Positions 1-14,200 of a stretch of DNA of 64,000 nt are shown in pieces. The stretch covers positions 77,812,001 through 77,876,000 of the forward strand of contig NW_024704742.1 of NCBI RefSeq assembly GCF_018977255.1, read 5' to 3'. Both the position numbers and the translations under genes were made by a program. The notes below the pieces were generated by a model. It was not told where the DNA came from. It searched no databases and saw only the letters and a program-made list of their open reading frames with translations. This stretch comes from Callorhinchus milii (taxonomy: Eukaryota). Position 1 is the first letter of the stretch; each line of letters starts with the position of its first letter.

Positions 1-487
1 GAGATTTCCGTGATTAGGAGACAATTCGGGAGGTGCAGGGGGCAAGGGAGTCAAAAATGTCAAGAAAGGAGGAGAAGGAGTTGTGGAGAAGAGGGAGCGA
101 GGTGGGTAGATCATTATGAGAAGGCCAGAGAGGGGCAGGAGTTCGGATGACTCCAGGGCAGCTGAGAGGAAGTGGGGTAGAGATTTTTTTCCAGGAAGTT
201 AGGAGATGGTGGTGGATTGAGTGGTGGGGGAGGGGGATAGAGGAGTTGAGGGGGATGAAATAGTGGTCCAAAATGGCTTTTTCAGTGATGGTGATGTCCG
301 AGACGGTGAGGCCCGGGAGATCACCAGATCAAGGGGATGATTGTGAACGTGGACGTGGGGTTGATGTGGAAGGAGAGGAGGGAGGAGAAGTCAGCAGAGG
401 TACAGCAGTAGGGGGTGAAGTGGAGGTTGAAGTCGCCTAGGATGAGGAGGCATTCGGAGCAGAGGAGAGAGAGGATAGGAGGGTAGA
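1..487 (-). mobile_element. older L2 endonuclease region; continues at 3627-3915
   Basis: GDFNLH-like and DHYFI motifs; similar to 2700-3110. Confidence 0.8.
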
Positions 488-3400
488 ATTAATAATAATA
501 ATCCTTGCATTTGATATAGCGCCTTATCACGTCTTCAAGACAACAACAACAATTTGGATTTATATAGCGCCCTCCACGCTGGACGGCATCTCAGAGTGCT
601 TCACATTAACGGATCCAAGGGCCGAGGCAAGGGGAGGGGGAGGAAGGTAACCAAAGGTGTGGTCGAAAAGAAAGGTCTTCAGCCGAGACCTGAAAATAGG
701 AAGAGAGGGGGCAAGACGAAGGGAGCGCGGAAGGGAGTTCCAGAGCCTTGGGGCATAGTGGTTGAAAGCACAGCTGCCGAGGGTGGAGCGGAGGACTCAG
801 GGGACAAGGAGGAGGCCAGACCCGGTGGAGCGAAGGCAATGGGCACTGTTGTGAGGAGAGAGGAGGTCAGAGAGGGAGGGGGTTGAAGAGGAGTGGAGGG
901 ACTTGAAGACAAGGGTGAGGGATCTTAAAGTCGATCCTCTCTGGGACAGGCAGCCAGTGCAGTCTGGCAAGGACTGGGGTGATCGGGGAGCGCAGTTTGG
1001 TGCGGGTAAGAATGTGGGCAGCAGAGTTTTGGATGACCTGAATTTTATGAATGGTAGTAGAGGGGAGACCGGCGAGAGGAGGGCATTTGAATAGTCCAAC
1101 TGAGAGGTGACAAAGGCATGAACCAGGGTATCAGTGGCTTTTGGAGTGAGGTATTGGCGGAGACGGGCAATGCGACGGAGGTGGAAGAAAGCGGTGCTGG
1201 TGAAGGACCGGATGTGGGGCAGGAAGGATAAATGGGGGTTGAACCTGATGCCTAGGTTGCGTACGGGTTTGGATAGTTTTAGGGGGAGGTCGGGTAGGTG
1301 GAGGAGGTGAGAACCGTGAGATTTTAGACGTTGACGAGAGCCAGAGTATGGCTTCCGTCTTGTCCATATTCAGCTGAAGGAAATTTGTGCTCATCCAGCC
1401 CCTGAAGTCTGACAGACAGGCTCAAGAACATCAGGGGACTGGGGGTCGCAAAGTGAGGTGGAAAAATAGAGTTGGGTGTCGTCCGCATACATGTGGAAGT
1501 GTACCCCATGTCTGCGGATGACATTCCCAAGAGGGAGCATGTAGATCAGAAAGAGGAGGGGGCCAAGGATGGATCCTTGGGGTACCCAGCAGGTAACCGA
1601 GTGAGAGCGGGAGGAGAAGCCGTTTGTGCAGATGTACTGCTGGCGATTTGTGAGATAGGACTCGAACCAGGCGAGTGCGGTCTCCTGAGGCGGATGATGG
1701 AGGAAAGGCGGTGGAGGAGGATGGCGTGGTCGATTGTGTCGAATCCGGCGGAGAGGTCCAGGAGGGCAAGGAGGCAGAGGCAGCCCTGGTCACAGATAGA
1801 GAGGATGTCATTTGTTACTTTCACAAGCGCAGTCTCTGTCCTGTGGGCAGGGTGGAAACCGGACTGGAGGGGTTCAAAGAGGGAGTGGGAGGAGAGGTGT
1901 GCGCGGAGTTGATTGGCAACAACGCGTTCTAGGACTTTTGCGAGGAAGGGCAGGTTTGAAATAGGGTGGTAGTGGCTGGGGTTTGAGGGATCTAAGGAAG
2001 GTTTTTTGAGGAGGGGGTGATGACAGCAATTTTGAGGGGGGCAGCGACTGATCCAGAGGCTAGGGACTGGTTGATGACGTCAGCCAGTAGTGGCCAGAGG
2101 AGGGGGAACTGGGTGATCAGCAAGTTGGTGGGGAGGGGGTCGAGGCAGCAGGTGGTGGGTTTCATTGAGGTGATAGTGGGTGAGAGGGAGGCGGGAGAGA
2201 TGGGTAGGAAGGAATGTAGGATGAGGGTCGTGGCAGGAGCTGATGATGGGGAGGGTGAGGGGGACGGAGATGGGGGGTGGTGGGTGACAAGAGGCAGGCG
2301 GATGAGGTTGCCTGGCGGATGTTGTGGATTTTGGATGAAAAGAAGTCCATGACCTCCTCGCACTTGGCATTGGATGTGAAGATTGAGGAGGCCTGAGGGG
2401 GTGCACGGAGGAGGTAGTGGGTGGTGGAAAAAAGGATTTTAGGATTGTTTTTGGCCTCCAAGATGATGTTGGAGTCGAAGAACGGCGGTAGCAGTGGAGA
2501 TGCTCGAGCCACAGTTGGCGGTGAACTGTCAGGCCAGTTTTCCGCCATTTGCGCTCGAGCACCGGGTTTGGATTTTTAGGCAGCGGAGATGATTATTGTA
2601 TCGGGGGATCGGGTGGGTTTGGAGATGGTCCTGGATTTCAGGGGGACGAGGGAGTTGAAGGTGGAGGAGAAGCGATCATGGAGCAGCTGAACGGCTGCTT
2701 CAGGATCTCCACGGGTAGAAGGCAAGAGGGATAGGATATTTGATGATGCGTTGGCCTTTGTGAGGGTCTCAGGGGGTAGCCTTTTCCATGGGCGCTAGAG
2801 AATGGTAGAGGGCTTAGTGTAGGAGAGAGGGATGCGAGAGGAGAAAGAGATGAGGAAGTGGTTCGAGATGGCCTTGTCCCCTATGCTAAGGTCGGAAATG
2901 TCAAGGCCGTGGGTAATAATGTGGTCGAGGGCAGGTCGAGGGCCACAGTTGTGGGTTGGTGAATTTATGTGAAGGGTGAGGTTTATCGAGGAGAGGAGGG
3001 CAGTGAAGTCGGAAGACGTTGTGCAAAGGGAGTTTAGGTGGAGGTTGAAATCGCCCATTATGAGCAGACGTTCGGATAAGAGGGACAGGGAAGAGAGGAG
3101 AGTAGAGATGTCTGTGTGGAAGGAGCTGGGGGCTTATGGGGCGGTAGACCAGGAGGATTTTCAGTGGGAGAGAGGGTGAGGTGCTCAAAGGAGGGGAAGC
3201 AGCCAGAGGAGTAGGGGGTAAGACCAAGGGAGGCTTTGGAGATGAGAGCCACCCCGCCACCTCGTTGATTTGGACGGGGGGGTGTGGTGGAAGGTGTAGC
3301 CTGGAGGGGAGGCTTCAACTGGGGGGATGGGGGTGATTGGGGGAGAGCCAAGTTTCTGCGACACATCTCAAAGCGCTTCACAAGTAAAGTGAATTGATTG

Positions 3401-3626
3401 TATATTTTGTGGGCGAAATGCGGCAGCCAATTGCTCACAGCAGTGTCCCACAAACAATCGTGAATTGAAGTGACCAATTTATTATTACCCTCAAATAAGC
3501 GATCTGCCACTCGACTGATAACTGGGTTCCTACTTACTGCTAGGTAAACAGAGCACCATGCCAGGAATCGACCCCAGATCTCTCGCTTGCAAGGCGAGTG
3601 CTCTAACCGCTGAGTTCCAGGACTCC
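488..3626 (-). mobile_element. tRNA-derived SINE split in two (488-540 and about 3363-3626) by the L2 insertion
   Basis: The 3' tail at 488-540 and the head/body at 3363-3626 rejoin to match the intact copy near 17945-18320. Confidence 0.85.
541..3355 (-). mobile_element. L2-clade LINE, degraded ORF2 (endonuclease + reverse transcriptase) with (GTT)n 3' tail
   Basis: Fragments GDFNLH, DHIIT, SNHFLISF (APE endonuclease); [22 protein letters not shown] (RT); multiple frameshifts. Confidence 0.92.
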
Positions 3627-3914
3627 AAGATGCCCGAGTGGAAGGCAGGGGAGGGTTTGGGGTGCGGTAAAAAAGGACATTTTGAGGAAAAGATTGGAGG
3701 AATGATAAATGGTAAGGTGTTTGAAGGAGGGGAAGATTCCGGAGGATTAAGGGGATAGGTCGAGCAGGGCCTGGAGATGAGAGTCACACCACCACCACGG
3801 ATTAGGTTGTGGGGTATTGTGGAATGTATAGCCTGATGGTGTGGTCTCAATCGGGGGAAGGTGTCGCCTGGGATGATCCAGGTTTTGGTGAGGGCGAGGA
3901 TGTCAATGTTTTCC

Positions 3915-4058
3915 TTGAAAGTGAGGTCTATTTGTTAGGTCAGGGTATTAAGGGATATGGGGCAAGGGCGGATATAATTGGACTTGAGGTACAGATCAGC
4001 CATGATCTTATAGAATGGCGGAACAGTCTCGTTGGCTGAATGGCCTACTCTATGTTTG
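3915..4058 (+). mobile_element. CR1-type LINE 3' terminus
   Basis: gatcagccatgatctt...ggctgaatggcctactc motif typical of CR1-like 3' ends. Confidence 0.6.
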
Positions 4059-5019
4059 TCCAGTTAGGACCAGCCTACTTTAGCTTTGGCTTGTAGGGTT
4101 AAAAGTAACTCGGTAGGAAGAATCCCTGTCCCAGTTACTAATCTGCATTCCAGGTTCGAGCAGCAAATCAGGCTGGACGGTCACCAGCAGTGCCTTGGAA
4201 TACTGCAGACCCAGTTGGCTCAGGAATTGGACCACCAAAAACACATCAGAGGGTTGTCTTGATGACAACATTCTGTTACCAAGCACATCACCCTCGAGCC
4301 AGCTCAGCTCAAAGCAGATCTTACTTACTTTCCCACAAGAACGATAGTCACTAGTTGTACTTGTGGAGAGGTCAGGTTGGCAGGGATATCCGCATGTTCA
4401 GTTAGGTTTAACAATTTTCACTGTCTGCTTCCGTATGAAAATAACAAAAAGTCACTTCTATGAGAGGAGTGTTAATGGAATAAATTGAATCTACCTACAG
4501 ATTCCATTTTCTCGCTGTTCCTAATGAGGTCAGAATATTATTACAGCATATTTATTTTGATGAAGATGGTAATTAATTCACTGTGCCATGTTTGAAAAAA
4601 TATTGAATGACCGTACAATATGTATAGCGTATTTATGGAGATTCAGTTTTTAGATTTAAAAATACATTTTGCACACCATCAATGCATTGTTACTTTTAGT
4701 AACATGCTCTTGCTTCATAAACATTTGAAACCCAGCTACTGCTGAAGAGATGCTGGAGGAACCTTAGAAATTTGCAGCATAGAAGGCCATTTGGCCCATT
4801 GCATCAAGCAAGAGTACTTGAATCAACTACAATGACCTATGAACTGCTGTTTACAATTGGTTGCCACGTTTCGACCACAAAATATAGTCAATTCACTTTA
4901 CAGTTTATTCTGTGAAGTGCTTTAAGATGTCTCAACGACGTGATAAGGTGCTATATCAAATGCAAGGATTATTATTATAAGTGATTAACTATTAATGTTC
5001 ATTTTTATTACCCATGAAG

Positions 5020-5216
5020 TGAAGATCAAACAGCGATATGGAAACTTGCCAGGAGAGTTGCGTATGATCGAATTGGAAAAGGGAAAGAGTGGGCTGGGCC
5101 TCAGTCTAGCTGGCAACAAGGACCGATCCAGAATGAGTGTTTTTGTAGTTGGTATTGATGCAAGTGGAGCAGCTGGCAAAGACGGCTGGATAAAGATTGC
5201 AGATGAGTTATTGGAG
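5020..5216 (+). CDS. MPDZ: MPDZ exon (PDZ8 N-part)
   Basis: aag| ...KIKQRYG...ADELLE |gcaagt (GC donor); the start could instead be 5025. Confidence 0.9.
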
Positions 5217-8200
5217 GCAAGTGTCTTTTTACAGTGTGTGCTTTTGTTGAAATTGTACAACCATACCAGTTATTTACACTGATTATTCCAACAATCTTAT
5301 GTGTTCCTTTGACCATATCTGACCAGATTTAATGTGTTCATTAATTCATTATCAAAAAATTAATTATCTGTAACCTAAGGCTGTTCCTCACTTCCATAAA
5401 TTGCAATTCTAGATTTTCATGAACTAACGATGTTCATGAACTTTTACAGTTTGCAGACCTTTGCTGCCTTTCTGCTCTACATGAGCTGTTGTGTGTGTTG
5501 ATGCAGCATTTTTAAGCACTCCTTGCCCTCACTTGACATTGCCCCCCTTGAGCCTAGCTGAAATTGACACAATGGCACATAGACCATCTGGATGCAAATT
5601 CACATCCTTCTAGTCTGCAGTGTGCAGGAATAGAGCACCAACAGTTGAGCTGCCTCTTAAAAACTTTGCTTTAAATTGCCCATCAAATTACAGTTTTAAA
5701 AAAATTGTAAATTCAAAAGGTGGCTCTACTACTTTCACAGTAACATTTAACGATAATTGTATTCCTTGCATTATAAAAAACACAGAGTTTCTTCAGGTTT
5801 CCCAGCCAACAAATCCCCGTAATAAAATTGATCATTCAATTTATGACTGTTTATTGACTGGTGCAAATTCCTGTGAAATAGTCATTAAACTTTACAATAA
5901 ATCCTTTGAAATGGTTTGACACATCATTCCAACATGAAAGGTACTAAAGCAAATACAAGCATTATTTATTAGATGTTTACATTGATATTCATTATATGTA
6001 TGTATACATTTCTACATGTATGCGGATGACACCCAACTTTATCTCGCCGCCTCCACCCTCGATTCCAGGACTGTTGATGTCCTGGCTAATTCTCTCTGAT
6101 ATCAAGACCTGGACAAGAGTCAACTTCCTCTAGCTCAGTGTTAGCAAGACAGAGGCCTCCTGCTTGGCTACCCCTCCTCACCTCAGCAACTGAAACTATC
6201 ACTATTATGGCTGCACTCCACCTCACCGAGCCAATCCGAAACCTCAGTGTCCTTTTCGACCCTCGGCCATCCTTCAAACCCCACATTCGTGCCGTGACCT
6301 GTTCCGCCTTTCCACTCCTCTGCAACGTTGCCCACCTCCGCCCCTGCCTTTCACTGCAGGCCGCCGACACCCTGATCCACGCTTTCGTTACGTCCCGACT
6401 TGACAACGCCAACTGCCTGCTCACTGGACTTCCCAACTCTTCCCTCCACAAGCTGCAGATTATTCAGAACTCTGCAGCTCATGTCCTCTCCTGCACCAGG
6501 CTCCGGGAACCTATCACCCCCGTTCTTGCCCGGCTTCACTGGTTCCCCATTCCTCAGAGAATCGAGTACAAAATCCTCATTCTTGCCTTCAAGGCCCTCC
6601 ACAGTCTTGCACCCCCCTACCTCTCCGACTTCATAACCCCATATCAGCCTGTCCGTTCCTTCCACCTGCTTCAGATGCTCCGCACTTCCTGCCCCAACAT
6701 TGGCGGTCAGTTATTCAGCATCTCTGCCCCCACACTCTGGAACTCTATACCGCAATCCCTCCGCCTCTCTTGCCTCCTGCAAATCCCATCTGAAGACCTT
6801 CCTCTTTGATCGTTCAGACACCCTCTCACCCCCACGCCACATCCTCCCCTTCTGACCCCAACTCCCAGCTCGGGTCTAAAACCCTTGATTGTCCAGTGCC
6901 CTGGGACGTCTTTCTGATGTGAAGGGCGTTATATAAGTTTAATTTGTTGTTCATTATTTTTAATTATATCGGTACACTATAAAACTCTGCGTATTGTTCC
7001 TACGTAAGTGCTCCAGGACGCTACCCTGAGAGAAGGGCGCTATATAATTGCAAGTTGTTGTGAGAGATTTTGGCTCTGTTTACTTTCTGCAGAACAATAT
7101 TTTTCTAATTGCAAAAAAAATCTCTGATTAAAATCTAAACACTTTTGATAATATTTGGCTTTAATATTTCATATTTTGTTTTTGCAGATAAATGGGCAGT
7201 TACTGTATGGACGTAGTCATCAGAATGCCTCTTCAATAATCAAAAGTGCACCATCAAAAGTCAAAATAATTTTCATCAGGTGGGTGTTTTTTAGTATTAG
7301 AATATCTGAAAGTAGCAGAATATCTACTTGACATGTTTAAAACATTTCTTCATGTTGCCATATTGTTTAACAGACTTCATTGATGTGAACTTGTGTAACT
7401 ACAAACCTATTGCTGACTAAGTAAACTTTTGGTGGTAATTTTAATACATTTATTCAAAGGATTATCAAATTAGACCTTTTATGTTTACTAGATGAAAATC
7501 AATTGAAACAATGTTTATCAATTAGATTAAATCTAGTACACAAAGAAGTTAACAGATTTGTAAACATTGATTTGTAAAAATCTTTCTTTGATCACAAAAA
7601 CTGGAAATAGTTCTGCACAAGATTCAAGAAAGGTTTGGATGAAGATAGTCAGTTGTATTTTATCCTTCCATAACACCAATGCTACCGTCCTTCATTAAGT
7701 TGTTTGTTTAAAGGAGTCCAAAATCCTGGTCTCAAACATTCTTCCTATTAACCCGCTCCAGCAGTTGATTGTACTCCTTCATGTAAAGAAATACTGTTAT
7801 CCGCTCTGGAATTACTCTTCTCAACTTATGTGTCTTTGAAGTGCTCTGGGGTCCTACCCCGCATGAAGGGGGCTATATAAAAGCAAGTTGTTGTTGCCTT
7901 GTTACCTTGGTGGTAAGAGTATTCATCTGGGTTTGCCTTCTCAATGCTCTAATCCACTCTAGAGCCAGGGCAGCCACTTGACTCACAACAATCAACTACA
8001 CAATAGTCAAGGTGATGCTTGAGCATAACTTCTGGGGAATCTGAACTTCATTGGTTTCTTGTGTTTATTATATCCTCATACTGTTTGGACATGGCAAGCA
8101 TTGAGAAAACTAACATCCCTGAGTCTTTTTCAGCTTCCCCCTCCTCCGTGGGATACATACATGTTTTTACTTTTACTTTTATATTCATTACCTTACATTT

Positions 8201-11200
8201 ATCTATATTGAACTTCATTTGTCAGTTGTAAGCTGAAGTGGGTATTTTATCAAACTATTTGTGAGTTCTTAGCTGCCTCCTCTGATCTCACAGTTCTCCA
8301 TAATTTGATTCAATCTGCATATTCAACTGCCTCTGAGTGTGAGAATCCAGGGCAAGAAATCTCCCACTTAGGTGGAAACGTCTGTTGATGATAACAGGAT
8401 ACAAACCTTTATGGTAGAATTTAAAGGATACAGTGGAAGTTTAAAGAATGCTAATCATTAAATATAACTTTTTTTGCTATGTTATTGATCAGTAAAAAAA
8501 GTACCCCCAAATAAACTGATTTTAGAGTGAAATACAAGTTTATAACAATCTCATGATTTTGGAGCATTACACAATGATTGTGTGATTTCCCCCTCCCCTT
8601 ATGTCTTCAGAAACCCTTATTTATTTTGCAGCTAATTATGTAGTTCAAAGCCATCTGTTCCATACTTATATATAAACTGTTTGTGTATACACTAATTTGT
8701 AATGTTGCCATTAGTGCAATGATTTTCTGGTTCCACTTAAAGCCCGTTTTTACCTGCTTTTTAAATGCACCCAGTAAGGACTGCTGACTGTCACACAAGG
8801 GGGTAAGCAGAGAACATAATAGCTTGAAAGTTTATACTCGGACCTCATTTTTTTCCTTAATATTTTTTAATGCCTGGCACATTATTTTAGACAAAAATAT
8901 GTGGAATGTAAGTATTGAGTGAAATATAATTGCTTGGATTAGTTCATATCTGGCAATAACATTGTTGTATGTTTTGAGGTGTAGAGTACACTGAACTGGT
9001 GAACTTCATAATTTTTTTATAAACAGTGTTATTCTTCATAATAACACTAATAAACATGTGCATGCCAAATTCTAAATTTCACACATCACCTTATTTCCTG
9101 GGCCATGTGGGACATATTTTTAATGCATGAATTAGCCCTTCCTACAAAGAGGGAAAATTGTGCAGATCGCTTATGTCTTGATTGTGCTCCAAATAGCAAT
9201 CTTTTCTCTTAATAGATTCAACATATACAGCAATGTAAAGTCCCATTTATACAACATAGTTAGCATTACTTCAATGCACTTTCTCCATCAGATCAAGATT
9301 ATACATTACAGTATATGTTTAAGTTTTAAGGAGATTGATTCAGAGATTCAAAGACAAGAGAACATGAATTCAGGATTGTGACTAGGGGTGCAAAAGGAAA
9401 AATTTGGAAGAGTCTTCTCCCTGAGGTTTGTCAGGATATGGAATGATTCAGAGATGGCTGTTAGAGAAGAGTCAATTGGAGCATTTTTAAAAGAATTAGA
9501 GAAGCACCTTGCAATATTAAGGACACCTGGCTGACCAAAAAAAAGGTAAGGGAAACAGCAGAGGATTACGATGGGTGGCTTCTTCAAGGAGCAAAGTCCG
9601 ACATGAAAATGCAGTGGGCTTACTGGAGCTAAATGTATGATAATAATAACCATTTACATTTAATAGAGCACCTTTCACATGAGGAAGACATCCCAAAACA
9701 CTTCACAGGTTATACTGTAAAGTGTGTTTTTTTTGTGTGGGTGAATGAAGTTGTGCACATCAAAGTCCCACAAATAGCTGTGAAGTGAATGACCAGTTTT
9801 ATTGGGGGATTATTGGTCAGGACACATGGAGAAACTCCATCTCTTTTCGAGTGCTTCCATGAGATCTTTAACGTCCACTTGAACAGGCAGAAGGGACCTT
9901 TGTTTAACATTTCATCTGAAGGACAGTAGGTAGGCACAAAGCTTTCAAACCACAAGAATGAGTAAATATAATATAATATAATAAATAAATATAAATTATA
10001 AATTAGGATTCACTATCCCAAATCACTATACTGCTGAAAAAAGGGATGTTAAATTGTATGCACCAGAATAAGATTCACGTAGAAATCCACAAGAATGATC
10101 TTACAAAGCCAGCACAGATTGGAAAATGTGCAACATGTATCTGCTTTATCATATGCGTTTGTATTTGTTTTCTAGAAACAACGATGCAGTCAGTCAAATG
10201 GCAGTTAGCCCAGTAAAATTGCCCGACACAACTGTGACTACTTCAGGCACCCTGCAAGAGGTACATGATTATCATGCTTTTTTTCATATCTACAGTGAGA
10301 CTGGCCTCAATTATTATTATTGTTACATTTGATATAGCCGATTTTACATCCTGAGGACTTCTCAAGCAATCCACAGTGTTTATTGTACAGTTAGTGACTG
10401 TATAATGTAGGTGAAAAAATACACAGCCACCATGTCCCAAATCTCCGGAACTCCTTGGCTCAATCCCTCCATCTTACATATAAACCCTTTACCCATCTTC
10501 AAATCACTCCTGAAGACTTTGCTCTTTGATGTGCCTTCGGTCACCTTCTCTCCCTTTCCAGCTCGGCGTCAAACCACACCACTGCTAAGCAGTCCGAAAC
10601 TCTACCCGCGTGAAGAGCACTATATGAATTCAAGTTGTTGTTGTCGTTAACCACGATACGACAGCTTGCATTTGTCCCACAAACAGCCATGAAGTAAATG
10701 AGCAATTCTATCTGTGGGCTTTTGGCCAGGGCGCCTGGAGAAACACCCTATTCCTTTGAATAATGACATGGACCTTGGTATAGTATCTCATCTGAAGGGT
10801 AGCACCTCTGAAAATGCAGTGCGCTGCGAACACTTTGTTGGAGCATTAGCTATGTGATTTCAAAGTGGGGCTTGACTCAGAAGCAAGATTGCAAGCAACT
10901 GAGCTAGTTGCAAAAATTATGTTCTTTACTGTATTAATAATATGCAATGGTCCCTGTTTACAATGTACATTTTTTAGTGAGTTTCCCACCTGTTCTGATT
11001 TAAATGTCATATTGTGCTTATGGTGTTAATCTCACTTATAAGAATGCATTACTTTTTTACAATGCTCATAAAGAAGTAATATTGCTACTCATTTAAATTA
11101 ATTTCCTACTTCCCAAGCTGCTGCTAGTCTTTTTGCAACACTTCCAGCGGGTGTAATTTTTAGTCTGTTGTTTTGCATCAATTAGTGTGTGGTTGAAAAC

Positions 11201-14200
11201 AGCAGTAGAATGCCCTAATTTAAATTAGTCAGTATTCAATAGGCTCTGCAACCCTATCACCCCCATCCTCACCCGACTCCACTGGCTTCCCATCACACAG
11301 AGGATACAGTTCAAGATCTGGGTAGTCACTTCAAAGCCCTCCATAGCCTTGCTCTCCCCTACCTCTGCAACCTCCTAAACCCCTACCAACCTGCCCGCTC
11401 CCTCCGCTCAGTGGACTTCGGCCTGCTTCACGTTCTCCACCTCGCCTGCCCCACCATTGGCGGGTGGGCTTTCTGCCGCTCTGTCTCCACCCTCTGGAAC
11501 TCCATCCCGCAGTCCCTATGCCTCGCTCCCTCCCTTGCTTCCTTCAAGACCCGTCTCAAGACCCTCCTCTTCGACCGTGCCTTCAGTCACCCTCCTGCCC
11601 TCCACCCTCCCCAACCAATGTGCAAGGAACCCATCAGTCATGTGATTTGTGACGTTACAAAATTGGAGATTGGATCTTGTTATTGTGGGTAGGGATATTA
11701 TGGATCCTGACTAACAATTTTACATTAGGATCGAGCAATATCTTGATGTGATTATGTTTTGCTTTTTTCCAGAATGAATCATGTACTTTATCTCAGACTG
11801 GACCTGAATTGGCATCGTTTAAGAACATTCAGCATGTGATACTCACAAAGGCAAGTTTGTTGAGAAATATGGAAATACTGTTTAGCCTATCATAAATAGT
11901 TGTAGAGACTAATATTTATGGAAGTTCACTGTTGTACACATAACTAGATAAGGAAAGCATATGTCTTCGTAGTATTTTAAGATTTAAGTTAATCTACTTT
12001 GCACTTTGTAGTTGATGGATGCTGACTAATTCTTTGCTGATAGATCCTTGCAAGTTAGGATATTCTGCTGCTGTTTCCATCTTCCGTGCAAGACATTAGT
12101 CAGTGTGCCAACAAATACCTATTGGTGTAGTTGCTGAATCCAAGTCCTCTACACTTTGAATTGGTCAGGTTTAGCTGCCGTGTAATGGTAAATGTCCTTT
12201 GAAAGTAATCTCTCTGATTTGAATTTTGGGCATAGCTGGCAAACCAGATACATTCTCATCTCTTTACTAGTTCTATATTGAGTGTTAATTTGTCTAGATT
12301 GAATGAAACCTATCTTAAATTTGACTGCTGGTTTTGTTTGTACAGGATCAAGGTGGATTAGGAATTGCGATCAGTGAGGAGAGTACACATGATGGTGTAG
12401 TTGTTAAGAGTCTAACAGAGAATGGCACTGCAGCAAAGGTAAGTTGAAAATACATTTCCCACCTTTAAAAGGAAACCAGTCAGCTAGCTCTCAAATCTAT
12501 TCAGGTTAGATGTACACATCATAGAATCATAGAATTATACAGCAGAAGGAAGCCATTCGGCCCATCGTGTCTCTGGCGGCTCTTTGAAAAGAGCTTCCAA
12601 ATCAATCCCACTCCCCCGTTCTCTCCCCATAGCCCTGCAAACTTGTCCTCCCCATGGTGAGAGAAATGGGAAATATGTTAACTGATCAGAGAGGGACATC
12701 TTCTGGAGTGTTGCAAACCATCTCTTATACCCCATTTTTATATAATAATAATTGTTGCATTTGATATAGTCCCTTTCACATGAGGAGGATGTCTCAAAGC
12801 ACTTCATAGGTTATACTGTAAAATGGAGTGACTGTATTTTGTGGGTGAATGCAGCAGTTAATTTATGCACAACAATGTCCCACAAATAACCATGAAGTGA
12901 ATTTCTTTTATTTGGGGGATAATTGGCCAAGACTTGGCCTTGGCCAGCTCTATTTTTTCAAATACTGCCATGAGATCTTTAACTACCACCTGAACAGACA
13001 GGTGGGTCCTTGGTTTAAACTCTCATCTGAAGGACGGCACCTCCAACAATATTCCTAGTACTCGATTGGATTGTTAGACTAGACTATATGAGTCCCAAAT
13101 CCCAATGTAGTGTTTGAACCCACGACCTTCTGACTCATAGGCAAGAGTGCTCCCTGACACACAGGGGAGTTTCTCCCAATGTTCTGGCCGCCAATCCCCC
13201 AAATAAAATTGGTCATCTCTTGATCGCTGTTTGTGGGACATTGTTCTGAGCAAATGAGCTGCTACGTTCACCTACAAATACACAATCATCCATTTCACCG
13301 TAACTCTTGTCCAGCACATTGAGACATGCTTCTGACATTATACCAAATACAAGGATTATTATTCCTTATTATCAGGAGTCCTGAAGAGCAAAATGCTTAC
13401 AATAAGAGTGGTGACACTCCTATTGTCAAAGGTGGAGAGCTCCATCACAGAAGATGGCTTTCAACTTCATATTAAGCTAAGCCTCCAAGATAAATATAGC
13501 CATTGGAACCAGTGGTAGCCATAATACTTAGCTTGAAATACTCTTTCCCACCCCTGTCCTGGCAACAAAGATTTTTTTCTCTTTTTTCTGCATGAATCTT
13601 TTCCCTGTAATTGGAAAGGCAGCAATACAAGCTTGCAAGAGACCTATTGTTTTGATTCAGTTCCTGCTGCAATATGAATAGAATGGTTTCTACATCAGTT
13701 GCACTGAGAGCCTCCATTGAAGAACCAACATCATAAAATGAGTTGTCTAATGGAAATACAGGAGATGTCTGCAATCTCTGGATTGGAATGTAGAATTTTT
13801 CATCTAGTAGAATAAACGTGCAGTGAAACATCTTAATGTTCAGAACTTGGAGTTGTATAATTGGTGCCCCCAAAACAAATTTAGAAATCATTTCTATATA
13901 TAACAAAGTGTTTCATGCTTATTAATATTCTGTAAACTGTTCTGGTCCGACACCTGCTACAGTAGACTTAGCAGCAAAATGTTGTTGAAAGACAAGGGCA
14001 TGTTCTTTGATTAGAGAGTGTGTGAGTTGTATTTGATCATGAAGCTTCGAGTTTAAATCTCATCATTTTCAACCGTAGATAACAATAAGTTTAACATTAT
14101 TATCAAAATAACAATGTGAGAAACTAAGAGGGTTCTTAGGGCATGGTATGTCCTACCAAAAAATGGTATTTGAAGCATAATGACTTTTTAAAGGCAAATA

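Noticed and set aside
6138..6809. 223-aa ORF as a host gene
   Set aside because: It is the C-terminal part of L2 ORF2 in a truncated element.
13472..13906. 144-aa minus-strand ORF
   Set aside because: Non-ATG start, no recognisable domain, and it is intronic and antisense.
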